A stretch of 64,000 bases of DNA from Verrucomicrobiota bacterium (GTDB taxonomy: Bacteria; Verrucomicrobiota; Verrucomicrobiia; Limisphaerales; UBA8199), in contig DAOPPX010000005.1 in assembly GCA_035358715.1 (NCBI GenBank), positions 25 to 64,024 of the forward strand, in the 5' to 3' direction. Below the pieces are notes generated by a model that saw only the letters and a program-made list of their open reading frames with translations, did no database searches and had not been told where the DNA came from. This document shows positions 36,137-45,032 of the stretch, piece by piece. The translations under genes and the position numbers were made by a program. Numbering within the stretch: the stretch's first letter is position 1; each line of letters opens with the position of its first letter.

Positions 36137-36699
36137 AGTTGCCCCTCCTTTATGATCCGCTCCAGCAGCCGCCGAAGTGCCGCCAGGTCCTTCTGTGACG
36201 GTTGCAGGATGCCGAAGACCTTCCAGAACTTGAGCCCGTCCAGGGCCGCCAGCAACAGCCAGGCACGATCCGCCGGCAGCCCGTCATTCAGCATTCCCTG
36301 ATGCACTCCCTTGAAGAACCGCTGCATCGGCTCCAGCATCTTCGGATTGCTGGAGATGGCCCCCAGCAACGGGCCAGCCACCCTTTGAAGCCGGGGAAAC
36401 AGCGAGCCCTCCCTGTCCAGCATTAACCCCAGCAACGTGCGGGCGTGTCGCCCCGGGCCGGGGGGCTCGCCGGCCAAACCAAAGGCGAATCGCTCCTGAA
36501 CGAGTGACGCTATCCGCGAAACCATGCCCAGCACGACTGCCTCCTTCGAGGAGAAGTGATACAGCAGCCCCCCCTTGCTGACCTTGGCCCGCGCCGCAAC
36601 CGCCTCCAGTGTCAGCGCGCTGACACCTTGCTCTATCACGACGGCCTCCGCTGCATCCAGCAGCCGCTCCCGGGTGTTCCCTGACGGTTTTTGTTTCAT
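36133..36699 (-). CDS. TetR/AcrR-family transcriptional regulator (CecR/YbiH-like)
   Basis: The N-terminal HTH is TRERLLDAAEAVVIEQGVSALTLEAVAARAKVSKGGLLYHF. It is the first gene of the efflux operon. I chose the internal ATG at 36699. Confidence 0.9.
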   Translation of the reverse strand: MKQKPSGNTRERLLDAAEAVVIEQGVSALTLEAVAARAKVSKGGLLYHFSSKEAVVLGMVSRIASLVQERFAFGLAGEPPGPGRHARTLLGLMLDREGSLFPRLQRVAGPLLGAISSNPKMLEPMQRFFKGVHQGMLNDGLPADRAWLLLAALDGLKFWKVFGILQPSQKDLAALRRLLERIIKEGQL

Positions 36700-36707
36700 A
36701 CTGGAAA

Positions 36708-36733
36708 GACTACACCGTCTGGACGGTATAGTC
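36708..36733. promoter_or_regulatory. Candidate TetR operator: 12-bp inverted repeat GACTACACCGTC-TG-GACGGTATAGTC
   Basis: Read directly, with 11 of 12 positions complementary. It lies 9-34 nt upstream of the tetR start codon. Confidence 0.5.
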
Positions 36734-36892
36734 AACGTCGGCAAATGAACCCGCAATCATAGAAGCCCGCCGGCGGCAGCCCCAAACGAGAATGGGCTGA
36801 TCGGGGCAAACCAGATTTGGAGTTGCCGGGCGGCGGGGTTTGGATTAAGGTTGGACAATACAACACCCCAAACCACAACCAAGACGCACTCT

Positions 36893-37423
36893 ATGAAGAA
36901 GCTCCTGTTCGCCACCCTCGCCGCCTTTGGGCTGGCCGCTGCCGCGCCCGCCGCTGATCTGTCCGGTTATGTGGAGGGCGGCGACAAGAACAAGGAGCGG
37001 CTCAAAAGCCTCCAGGGCAGCGCCGCCCCGCCGGAGCTGGCAGTGGAAGGCTGGATGAACGGGAAGGCGGTGAACTTGAAGAACCTGAAGGGCAAGATCG
37101 TGGTGCTCGACTTCTGGGCCACATGGTGCGGCCCCTGCATCGCCAGCATCCCCCACAACAACAAGCTGGCCGGGAAATACCAGGACAAGGCGGTGTTCAT
37201 CGGGGTCTGCCAGATGAAAGGCGCCGCGAAAATGGAGGCACTGGCCAGGGAAAAGGGCATTCAATACCCCATCTGCAAGGACGCCGAAGGCAAGACCGTC
37301 GCCGCCTACAAGGTGGACAGCTTCCCCGATTATTACATCATTGATCAGAAGGGCGTGCTGCGCGTGGCCGACTGCCAGAACTCGAAGGTCGAGGAGGTCA
37401 TTGAGAAGCTGCTGGCCGAATGA
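36893..37423 (+). CDS. TlpA-family thiol:disulfide oxidoreductase (redoxin), secreted
   Basis: A signal peptide is present (MKKLLFATLAAFGLAAAAPA). The active site is WATWCGPC, within a thioredoxin fold pattern. Confidence 0.9.
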   Translation: MKKLLFATLAAFGLAAAAPAADLSGYVEGGDKNKERLKSLQGSAAPPELAVEGWMNGKAVNLKNLKGKIVVLDFWATWCGPCIASIPHNNKLAGKYQDKAVFIGVCQMKGAAKMEALAREKGIQYPICKDAEGKTVAAYKVDSFPDYYIIDQKGVLRVADCQNSKVEEVIEKLLAE

Positions 37424-37484
37424 CCGGTCCCGGCATCTGAAAGGCATCGGGCCCTGGAAGGTTCAGTGCAAACCGATGCTATAG

Positions 37485-38039
37485 GTGGTTGGACAAGAAA
37501 CGTGCAGTACGAGCCAGCGTCAGGCTGCGTTAGCGGGTTGTGGTGAATTTGTGCGGACTGGAGAGCCATTATTAGCGGCTGGATTGCTTAGCGCGATGCT
37601 TGCAGCAGCGCTCTGCCAGTTTGTCATGATTGGGCTCATCGGGATGGGGCTTTTCGTCGTGGCTCTCGTCTTGCTGGCGGCTGCGGGGATCGCCGCCGGT
37701 GCTGGCGGCAAGGTGGCGTCAGGACAGGGCCTTGGTGGGCTGACGGTGTATGGGATCGGGGTGTCGCTGCTGCTATGGTTCGCCATTTATGCATCCTCTT
37801 TGGCCTACGACCACGCGGTGGGTTCAAGTGCCGGAAGAGCGAAACCCTCCGGGTGGGATTGGATTGGCCTGGGGGTAATCTCCCTGTTGCCGGCACTCCT
37901 AATTGGGCTGGGACTCAAGTTGCGTGCCCGGTGGCAGGCGTGCCGCTGTGTGGCCTGGGGCGCGGCGGTGTTTTGTGTCATGCCGGCGGCGGTCGGCGTC
38001 TTCTGGGTATTGGCCCCGATTCTGCCGCTAACCACGTAG
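37485..38039 (+). CDS. Hypothetical integral membrane protein
   Basis: There are about 4-5 hydrophobic helices and no recognisable motif. The start is uncertain: the GTG at 37485 is the maximal ORF, and the first ATG is at 37596. Confidence 0.5.
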   Translation: MVGQETCSTSQRQAALAGCGEFVRTGEPLLAAGLLSAMLAAALCQFVMIGLIGMGLFVVALVLLAAAGIAAGAGGKVASGQGLGGLTVYGIGVSLLLWFAIYASSLAYDHAVGSSAGRAKPSGWDWIGLGVISLLPALLIGLGLKLRARWQACRCVAWGAAVFCVMPAAVGVFWVLAPILPLTT

Positions 38040-38316
38040 CCCATGGGGCTCAGCCTGAGGTTACGGAATTTCTCCGCCACCAAGCCGTCAGCAGCAACGG
38101 TTCAGATTCACCTCCCCCTCCCGGCGCTCTGTACAGGCACGCAAGAAGGAGCTTCCTGCTCTCAACGGGCCAAGCCCCTTGGGCCGCTCCAGCCACTCAT
38201 CCGGCAGAGCCGCCGCCCATTCTCAATCCCGCATTCCGAACCGTGTGACAAATACTTTACACTTGTTTTGCGCGGCTTTGACATCTCCCGCTCATTTGCA
38301 TAGCAAAGATGGAGGC

Positions 38317-39636
38317 ATGAGATTCTGGTTCAAGCAGTTCGCACCGCTCGCGGTCGCTCTGGCTGGCGCCCGGTTCTGCCTCGCGGAAGGCCAGGCACCG
38401 ATGACGGCCCCCGAGGCCGCCTTCGCCATCTACACCGTAGCGGAGCCGGTGGACCGCAGACTGCTTGCGCGCGGAAGTGGCGAGTGCTCCAAAATCGCCC
38501 TGTCACCCGCGCCTGTGATCTCCAACGCGGACATACTGAACTACGACCTGGCGACGCACACGCTGCGGCTGGCACCGGAGGCGCGGGCGCGCCTGCCGCG
38601 CCCGCCAGTGCCTGGCACCCCATTCGTGGTGACCGCCGAGGGCAAGCCGATCTACCTGGGGGTGTTCGTGACGAGTGTTTCCTCGATGTCCTTTGCCGTG
38701 CCCAGTATCGTGCTGGATGCGCGCTTTCGCACGAACCAAGGCCCAAATGCACTCGTGATTGACCGCGCCTACCCGGCGGCGGATTTCGGCGTCGGGCCGG
38801 ATCCGCGGGGCGATCCGCGCATCCGTCGGGCCCTGGAGAAGCGCGTTTCGCTGGCGCGGGAGGTGCCTGCGGACGAATCGCTCGCCGCCTTGCGCGCCAT
38901 CCTCCCGCAGGATTGGACCCTGCGGCATTATCTGGACGCCCAACCCTATGGCTTCGAGGCATCCTTCATTCGCGGGGCAGGTTTCACTTTCACCGGGCCA
39001 AGCCGGGTCAAAGGGCCAAAAGGCGAACTGACTCAAGAAGGCTTCAAACTCGTGCTCATGCCGGAGGAGTTTCTCGGCCATCCGCGCCTCCCCACGGCCA
39101 CCGATCCCGGCCCGGCAGCAAGCCCCAGCCGGTTCCTCGGCTGGACCACGGAGCGAACGGTCTGGCGGAAGGTCTATTGCGACAGCCGCACCGAGACGCC
39201 CACCTGGCCGGGATGGGAACCGGCGGTCAAGCGCGCGGTCGGCATCCCACTCCACCCCGTCAGCATCTGCATGAGCACGCATTCCCAATCGCTCACGGTC
39301 ACCACCAACTACGTCGTCCTCGTCACCCGGGTCGACGGCCGCAAGGCGGCGGTGCAGTTCACGCGTTTCGGCGTCAAGACGGCAACCTACCGCTGGCGCT
39401 GCCGCGCCGCCGACTCGCAAACCGTCCAAACCGGCACGGGCGAGGTGTATGAGAAGGAGCCTTACGACGAATCGCCTGAGGCGCTGGCCCTGCCCAGGCA
39501 CGACTGCAACGTGCGCGCCGGGGACGTGCGCCTCGCCTGGTCCTGCGGTGGGACGAGCCAGGGCTACCTCTATTTCTACCCGTCGCGCGAGCGGGTCCGG
39601 ATTCAGGCCGCGGAGGCGTTCGAGCGACTGCCCTGA
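38317..39636 (+). CDS. Hypothetical secreted protein
   Basis: A signal peptide is present (MRFWFKQFAPLAVALAGARFCLAEG), and the protein is 439 aa from the ATG at 38317. I recognise no family. The antisense ORF 38503-39681 has junk-like composition. Confidence 0.65.
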   Translation: MRFWFKQFAPLAVALAGARFCLAEGQAPMTAPEAAFAIYTVAEPVDRRLLARGSGECSKIALSPAPVISNADILNYDLATHTLRLAPEARARLPRPPVPGTPFVVTAEGKPIYLGVFVTSVSSMSFAVPSIVLDARFRTNQGPNALVIDRAYPAADFGVGPDPRGDPRIRRALEKRVSLAREVPADESLAALRAILPQDWTLRHYLDAQPYGFEASFIRGAGFTFTGPSRVKGPKGELTQEGFKLVLMPEEFLGHPRLPTATDPGPAASPSRFLGWTTERTVWRKVYCDSRTETPTWPGWEPAVKRAVGIPLHPVSICMSTHSQSLTVTTNYVVLVTRVDGRKAAVQFTRFGVKTATYRWRCRAADSQTVQTGTGEVYEKEPYDESPEALALPRHDCNVRAGDVRLAWSCGGTSQGYLYFYPSRERVRIQAAEAFERLP

Positions 39637-39847
39637 AAGACCGCTTACGGTTCGGTGGTGCCAGCACCTGAATACCTCCACTGCGAGGCGCAGAATCGCA
39701 TCCTTGAGAATGTCAGGTTTTCATGGCATGGCATCTCCTATTGTCAGGCCAGCCCGCCCGCTCCTGCTATCGCCCCAGGCTTGGTGAGACCAAAAACCAA
39801 TTCTCTCTCACCCGCGCAGCACTCAGTACAGACGGGCGCGCAATAAG

Positions 39848-39912
39848 CAGGTTCGGCCACATGCCCTCACGCGGCGACCCATGTATCGGTTATTTGCGCA
39901 ACCAAGCACTAG
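39848..39912. repeat. Repeat family A, single-arm copy
   Basis: gcaggttcggccacatgccctcacgcggcgacccatgtatcggttatttgcgcaaccaagcactag aligns with the reverse complement of 29306-29372. Confidence 0.8.
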
Positions 39913-40118
39913 TTCCCCCAGCACCATACCCCCTCCTTGGGTGGTCGCACCCCGCTGACTCCTCCGTCCTTCCTCCGTTGCTCCTCCGTTCCACCTCCGT
40001 TCCACCTCCGACCGGCGGTGGGAGGTGGAACGGAGGAGCAACGGAGGAAGGACGGAGGAGCGACGGGGTTGCTATGGTTGCAACTGCCTGCCGCTGCGGT
40101 AATTGCAGCTTTTTGCCA
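39913..40118. repeat. Repeat family B, copy 2 (hairpin stem of about 48 bp, 39950-40068, plus tail)
   Basis: The left arm ccccgctgactcctccgtccttcctccgttgctcctccgttccacctcc pairs with the right arm ggaggtggaacggaggagcaacggaggaaggacggaggagcgacgggg. It is homologous to 27574-27745. Confidence 0.85.
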
Positions 40119-40300
40119 GGCCGGGAGCTCCTGGCACAGAGGGATTAACGCGGGTTGTTCCTGCCGCCAATCGCACCCTTGCGACAGAACACGCGAGATT
40201 CCCGAAGAAAACAGCCCTGTGGTGGCATCCGGAAGATTCCCCACAGCCTCGGAGTCCGTGCGGCGGGCCAGGAGGTTCGAGCCTGGTCAGGTGTCATAGC

Positions 40301-40377
40301 TGGCGCGTCCGGCAGGACTTGAACCTGCAACCTTCTGATCCGAAGTCAGAAGCTCTATCCAATTGAGCTACGGACGC
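40301..40377 (-). tRNA. tRNA-Arg (anticodon UCG), CCA encoded
   Basis: Folded by hand into a cloverleaf: acceptor GCGTCCG/CGGACGC, D stem GCTC/GAGC, anticodon stem TCTGA/TCAGA with loop CTTCGGA, T stem GCAGG/CCTGC with loop TTCAAGT, then discriminator G and CCA. Confidence 0.93.
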
Positions 40378-40586
40378 TCAGCGCTCCCGAAGCGCTTGCA
40401 GACGGCTCGGCGCCTTTGGCTGCGGTGTTGCGCGCGGCCCGGCTTCTGGTCTTGCACCTCGCCGCGAAGCGGACAGGCCACACGGCGCGCACACCAGACA
40501 AACCCTGGACCACAGAGCGAAGTATCGCACGAAACCAGCCCGCAGCACAAGCGAATCGGGGGCGCGGTCGCGCGCGGGGGAACAGG

Positions 40587-41630
40587 CTAAATCGCGCGGA
40601 CCAACGCCTCGATGTGGCGAATCCCCAACCGGGCCTCGACCTCAACGCGGCCCGGGGGAAGCTGACGACCGTTGGACCGACGCCATTGCCCGAGGTCCTC
40701 AACCTTCGACAGCTCCGCCCCCGGTGCAACCGGCTCCCGCGCAAAGAAAAGCCGGTGGAGAATGGAAGACTCCGGCACCTGCCGGTTGCGGAGCAGCCCG
40801 AGCCCGATCTCCCGGGCGGCGTCGTTCGCAATGACCTTCAACACGCGCAGCTTCGGTGTGGGCCGTTTGGCCGGGATGGATTCCTCATCAAATTGCCGCG
40901 CCTCAGCGGCGGTCAACGCCAAGCCCGCCTCCAGATGGGCGGCCGGCTTTGGCCAGCGCCTCAGACAGGCGATAGCGGTGGCTTGGAAGCTGGCCTCCGG
41001 CGCATAGTGCCGGCGCACGCGGCCCACAGCGGCAAAGTCCAGCCGGCCGGTGGAAAGCACCTCCGCCGAGAACACGGGGGCGAACAAAGTCTCGCAGAAC
41101 CCAATGTCAGCCGCGATCAAGTCCATCAGCCGCTCGACGGCCGAGTGCTCGGAGGATGACCGGTGCACGGGTTGCGCTTCGCTGGGCACGTTGAGCGTCA
41201 GCAGATGGGCAATCTCATGCCAGCGGCTGAACCAGCGCCGGCTGACTTTGCGTCCGCAACAGTCAATCACCGCCACATACTGCGGGCCCGCGCCGGACCT
41301 CGCCCGGCGACAACGAATCAGCGCCGCAAAGGTCTGCTCATCGAACAAAGTCGGCAGGCTCGCGAAGACGACATCGCCGGCGCCGACGTGTTGCCGCACG
41401 ATGGCCTCCAGTTCGCCCGCGTGCCGGAACTCCTGGAACTCCAGGCCGAGCCGGGCGCACACCAACCTCTCCAAATCCTGGATCGAACAGATGTCCCCGG
41501 CCCGGCGCATCCATCCTTCCACCAGCGACCGGCAAAAGCCGATGATCGCCTCGACCGGGCGGCGGGGATCGCCAGCCCCAAGGCCCCGGGCGAGTTCGAC
41601 GACGCGCAGATCCTGATCCAGGCAGTTCAT
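40587..41630 (-). CDS. ImmA/IrrE-family (COG2856) zinc metallopeptidase domain protein
   Basis: The HExxH motif lies in the context WFSRWHEIAHLL. The 347-aa protein has an ATGA start/stop overlap with the upstream XRE gene. Confidence 0.8.
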   Translation of the reverse strand: MNCLDQDLRVVELARGLGAGDPRRPVEAIIGFCRSLVEGWMRRAGDICSIQDLERLVCARLGLEFQEFRHAGELEAIVRQHVGAGDVVFASLPTLFDEQTFAALIRCRRARSGAGPQYVAVIDCCGRKVSRRWFSRWHEIAHLLTLNVPSEAQPVHRSSSEHSAVERLMDLIAADIGFCETLFAPVFSAEVLSTGRLDFAAVGRVRRHYAPEASFQATAIACLRRWPKPAAHLEAGLALTAAEARQFDEESIPAKRPTPKLRVLKVIANDAAREIGLGLLRNRQVPESSILHRLFFAREPVAPGAELSKVEDLGQWRRSNGRQLPPGRVEVEARLGIRHIEALVRAI

Positions 41631-42031
41631 TTGACGTACTCCTTCACCGCTTCATAGAAGCGCTTCCAGTCCACCTTCTCCAGGTTGTCCGATTTGGACC
41701 GGGAACGGTGCGCGATGATCTGCCGCTGGAGATCCAGCAGCAGCAGCGTTTGGCCGAAGGTGAGGTTGGCGGACCTGGCAAACTGCGACAGCGAGGCCGG
41801 AACATGCACCTCGCCCTTCTCCGGCTCCGGCAGCTTGCTTTTCATCAGGTGGTCCATGCTGACCCCCAGGGCGGTGGCGATGGCCAGCAGGCTGTCGGCC
41901 CCCACGCTTCGCTTCCCGGCTTCCAGATCGCTCAGGAAACCCTTGCTCAGGCCGCATTCCCTGGCGAGCTGCTCCTGCGTCCAGTCCAGCTCCGCGCGCC
42001 GCGCTTTGATTCGTTCTCCGACCGGGTTCAT
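41627..42031 (-). CDS. XRE-family HTH transcriptional regulator with a ~65-aa C-terminal extension
   Basis: The N-terminal HTH_3 pattern is IKARRAELDWTQEQLARECGLSKGFLSDLEAGKRSVGADSLLAIATALGVSMDHL. The protein is 134 aa. Confidence 0.88.
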   Translation of the reverse strand: MNPVGERIKARRAELDWTQEQLARECGLSKGFLSDLEAGKRSVGADSLLAIATALGVSMDHLMKSKLPEPEKGEVHVPASLSQFARSANLTFGQTLLLLDLQRQIIAHRSRSKSDNLEKVDWKRFYEAVKEYVK

Positions 42032-42089
42032 ATCTGTCAGCCCGGGAGAATAGCGCCCGGACGCCGCCGCGCAAGCCCGGACTCGCCTA

Positions 42090-42110
42090 TTGTGAATATC
42101 TTTTTCACAA
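42090..42110. promoter_or_regulatory. Candidate XRE operator: TTGTGAA-N7-TTCACAA perfect inverted repeat in the AT-rich divergent promoter region
   Basis: Read directly. It is flanked by a direct repeat CCTATTG (42086 and 42114). A TTGACT (42118-42123) plus TATATT/TATTTA (42139-42146) sigma70-like pair faces dnaB. Confidence 0.45.
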
Positions 42111-42209
42111 CCACCTATTGACTACTTGCATAGCGAACTATATTTACTTGGCGAACATTGGCCCCGTCCCGTCAAATCGGGCGGAAGGCCGGAAAACCAT
42201 GCTTGAGAT

Positions 42210-43733
42210 ATGAGCCAACACGGAAATACCGACCTGTTTGGTCAAGCGGCGCGGAAAGCGCCGGCGCGCGCGGCTGCCCCGGGCGCGGTTTGCGACCGCC
42301 TGCCCCCCCATTCTCCCGAAGCCGAGCAAGGGGTGCTGGGATGCATCCTGCTTTCGCCAGTGGAGTGCCTCCCGGCCTTTGTCGAGGCGTTCAAAGGCGG
42401 CGCCGAGGCCTTCTACGACCCGCGGCACCGGTGCATCTACGAGGCAATGGTCAAAGCGGCCGAGCAGAATCCGGCCTTTGACATGATCCTGCTCATCCAG
42501 CGCCTCAAGGACCTGGGGCATCTCGAGGGCGTCGGGGGGCTGGCCTACGTATCGAGCCTGGCCGACACCGTGCCCTCGGCGGCGAACCTGCCCTTCTACC
42601 TCGGGATACTCAAAGACAAGCTCCTCCTGCGGCAGGTGCTGCAGGTGTGCGGCGAAGCCTGCCAATGGGCGCACGAGAGCCCGAGCGATGTGGCCGGCCT
42701 GCTCGACAAGGTCGAGCGCAACGTGCTCCTCATCAACCAGGCGCGGGTCGGCGCCACCGAGTTGCGAATGCCCCAGGTCATCCGTCAGGCCCAGGAACGG
42801 ATTGAGGAACTGCACGAAAAGCAGGGAGAACTCACCGGGATCGGCTCCGGCTACCGCAGCCTGGACCGGAAGACCAACGGCTTCCATGCCGGCGAGATGA
42901 TCGTGATCGCCGCCCGCCCGAGCGTCGGCAAGACGACTTTCGCCCTGAACATCGCCGAAAACGTGGCGCTGGAGCGGAACCTGCCCGTCGGCGTGTTCAG
43001 CCTCGAGATGTCGGCCGAACAACTCGGGCTCCGCCTTCTCTGTTCCCAGGCCCGGTTGGACCTGGGCCGCGTGCGCGACGGGTTTCTCCTCGGGGGCGAC
43101 TTGAAGCGGTTGGCGGTGGTATCGAGCCGCCTGGCCAAGGCGCCCATCTATATAGATGAGACCGGCGGCCTGACGATCATGGAGATTCGCGCCAAAGCGC
43201 GGCGCATGAAACAGCAATACAACATCGCCCTGTTTGTCATTGATTACCTCCAGCTCTGCCATTCCGAATCAGTCCGCGTGGACAACCGGCAGCAGGAAAT
43301 CGCCGATATTTCCCATGGCATCAAGGAGATGGCCAAGGAACTCAAGGTGCCGGTCATCGTCCTGAGCCAGATGAACCGCGACTACGAGCGCGATAATGAC
43401 AAGAAAAGGCGCAAGCCGCGCCTTTCCGATCTGAGAGAATCCGGGGCGATCGAGCAGGACGCCGACTTTGTCGGCTTGCTCTACAAACCCAAGGAAGACG
43501 ACGAGGAGGCGGCAGAGCCGGCTTCCCAGGACGGCAGCCCGATCCAGGTAAACCTGCTCATCGCCAAGCACCGGAATGGCCCCACGGGCGAAGTCCGGCT
43601 CACCTTCTTCAAGGCCTACACGCGCTTCGAAAGCGCGGCGCCCATTGACGATGCCGACGTCCCCAGCCCGAGCCACGGCGCGCCGGGCGCTGTCCACCCC
43701 CTTGCCCCGCGGGCCAAAGTGCTGGCGCAATAG
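42210..43733 (+). CDS. dnaB: Replicative DNA helicase DnaB
   Basis: The N-terminal motif is PPHSPEAEQGVLGCILL. Walker A is ARPSVGKTTFALN, and IAKHRNGPTG is present. The 507-aa protein has a short acidic insertion and a C-terminal tail. Confidence 0.93.
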   Translation: MSQHGNTDLFGQAARKAPARAAAPGAVCDRLPPHSPEAEQGVLGCILLSPVECLPAFVEAFKGGAEAFYDPRHRCIYEAMVKAAEQNPAFDMILLIQRLKDLGHLEGVGGLAYVSSLADTVPSAANLPFYLGILKDKLLLRQVLQVCGEACQWAHESPSDVAGLLDKVERNVLLINQARVGATELRMPQVIRQAQERIEELHEKQGELTGIGSGYRSLDRKTNGFHAGEMIVIAARPSVGKTTFALNIAENVALERNLPVGVFSLEMSAEQLGLRLLCSQARLDLGRVRDGFLLGGDLKRLAVVSSRLAKAPIYIDETGGLTIMEIRAKARRMKQQYNIALFVIDYLQLCHSESVRVDNRQQEIADISHGIKEMAKELKVPVIVLSQMNRDYERDNDKKRRKPRLSDLRESGAIEQDADFVGLLYKPKEDDEEAAEPASQDGSPIQVNLLIAKHRNGPTGEVRLTFFKAYTRFESAAPIDDADVPSPSHGAPGAVHPLAPRAKVLAQ

Positions 43734-43872
43734 CCATTGGCCGGCTCAGACCGTGCGGACGGTGTAAGCGGGCGAGACGCCCACACTCAGGGGCGCTGGC
43801 ACATGGTGGCGCGCAGGGGCTAATCGGGCTCGCGCCCCGGGGCGCTCTCGCGGCACACAGCCGCCAACGGAC

Positions 43873-44781
43873 TCAAGGCGCCTTGCTTGCCGAGCGCTCC
43901 AGGTATGCGGTTGCGTCGCCCGAGCCGCTCCTGGCGGCCCGGCGCATCCACTCCATGCCCAGCTTCTCGTCCCTCTCGGTGCCTTTGCCCTCCAGGTAAG
44001 CCTTGGCCAGCAAGTACTGCATGTAGGGATTGCTGTCCGTGGCCCGGGCGCGCAAGACTTCAAACTCCTGCCGGGCCGACGGCTCCGCCAGCTCCCGGCC
44101 CAGCGCGTCGGCCCGTTGCCGGCAGGCAGCCACGACGCGATTCAGCGCGGCGGTTTCTTCCGCGCTGAGCGAGGCGTTCTCGAAGGCGTCAACCGTCTTG
44201 AACCTTGCGCCCGACGCATAGGACTTCGTGCCTTCTTTGATCAGCAAGGCATTCGTGCCGGTGGCGCCGGCGGTCGCGCGGCCAAAGTTCATCACGAAGA
44301 GCGTGGCGGCATCGTCCTGAATCAGCGCGTCGCCGTTGGTAAAGGACTGGAGCACGGTGTAGGCGGGGACAAAATGCAGCGGCCGGTCCAGGGTCGGCGT
44401 GAGCGCCTGATTCGTGGTGGAAAGCGGCAGCAACAGCTTGCTTTGCCAGGCTTCGCCGAGGCCGCTTCCGGCGATGAGCTTCGCGGCGAGCGCATGCCTC
44501 GCAGCGTGATTGGTGAGCGCCACATACCTTGACCGCTCCGCCTTCATAGCCTCCAACTGCCGGTCCTGGGCCTCGGTCCGGGCCTGGAAATAGAGCGCGC
44601 CGTGGTAGCTGAACCACCACTCCGGGCCATAGACACGGGCCAGGCACTCGACGAAGTGCTTCTGCTCGGCCAGCAACGGGTCAGCCGGGTCGAGGGCTGA
44701 GGCAGAGCCGTCGGCGGCGTGGGCCCGCATCCCGAGGCACAACACCAGGCAACTGATGAAAGCCGGCACTCGTTTTTTCAT
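43873..44781 (-). CDS. Secreted hypothetical protein with a C-terminal Sel1-like repeat
   Basis: A signal peptide is present (MKKRVPAFISCLVLCLGMRAHA). The C-terminus YLLAKAYLEGKGTERDEKLGMEWMRRAARSG is Sel1/TPR-like. Confidence 0.7.
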   Translation of the reverse strand: MKKRVPAFISCLVLCLGMRAHAADGSASALDPADPLLAEQKHFVECLARVYGPEWWFSYHGALYFQARTEAQDRQLEAMKAERSRYVALTNHAARHALAAKLIAGSGLGEAWQSKLLLPLSTTNQALTPTLDRPLHFVPAYTVLQSFTNGDALIQDDAATLFVMNFGRATAGATGTNALLIKEGTKSYASGARFKTVDAFENASLSAEETAALNRVVAACRQRADALGRELAEPSARQEFEVLRARATDSNPYMQYLLAKAYLEGKGTERDEKLGMEWMRRAARSGSGDATAYLERSASKAP

Positions 44782-45032
44782 CCCGGCACTAAGGTAGCCG
44801 CAGGACTCGCCGCGTCAACGATGTCCGCCACGTGCGAACCAGGCCGGCGCTCCCGGCCCCGGCGCCCACATGAAGGAGCGCGGACATTTTTGTCCGCCCA
44901 TCTCGCCTGCAATCCGGCAGGCGTACGGATTTGTCCGCGCCCCTTCCCGGGCCTCCTGCATACACGCCGGCCGTCGGTGGCGCGCGGGATTGGCATTGCC
45001 TTTGGCGGCAGACCGGACTTAATTGTGCGCGT

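Noticed and set aside
38503-39681. 392-aa minus-strand ORF overlapping the hypothetical secreted protein gene.
   Set aside because: Neither strand has a recognisable family. The plus-strand ORF has a clean signal peptide and balanced composition, whereas the minus ORF is an Arg/Ala/Gly-rich mirror. I kept the plus-strand call, at moderate confidence only.
40301-42031. tRNA-Arg plus XRE/ImmA as the edge of an integrated prophage or ICE.
   Set aside because: The XRE/ImmA pair lies on the 5' side of the tRNA gene, not the usual 3' integration side. No integrase, excisionase or structural genes are present, and I found no duplicated tRNA 3' segment by eye. The next gene is the housekeeping-type dnaB.
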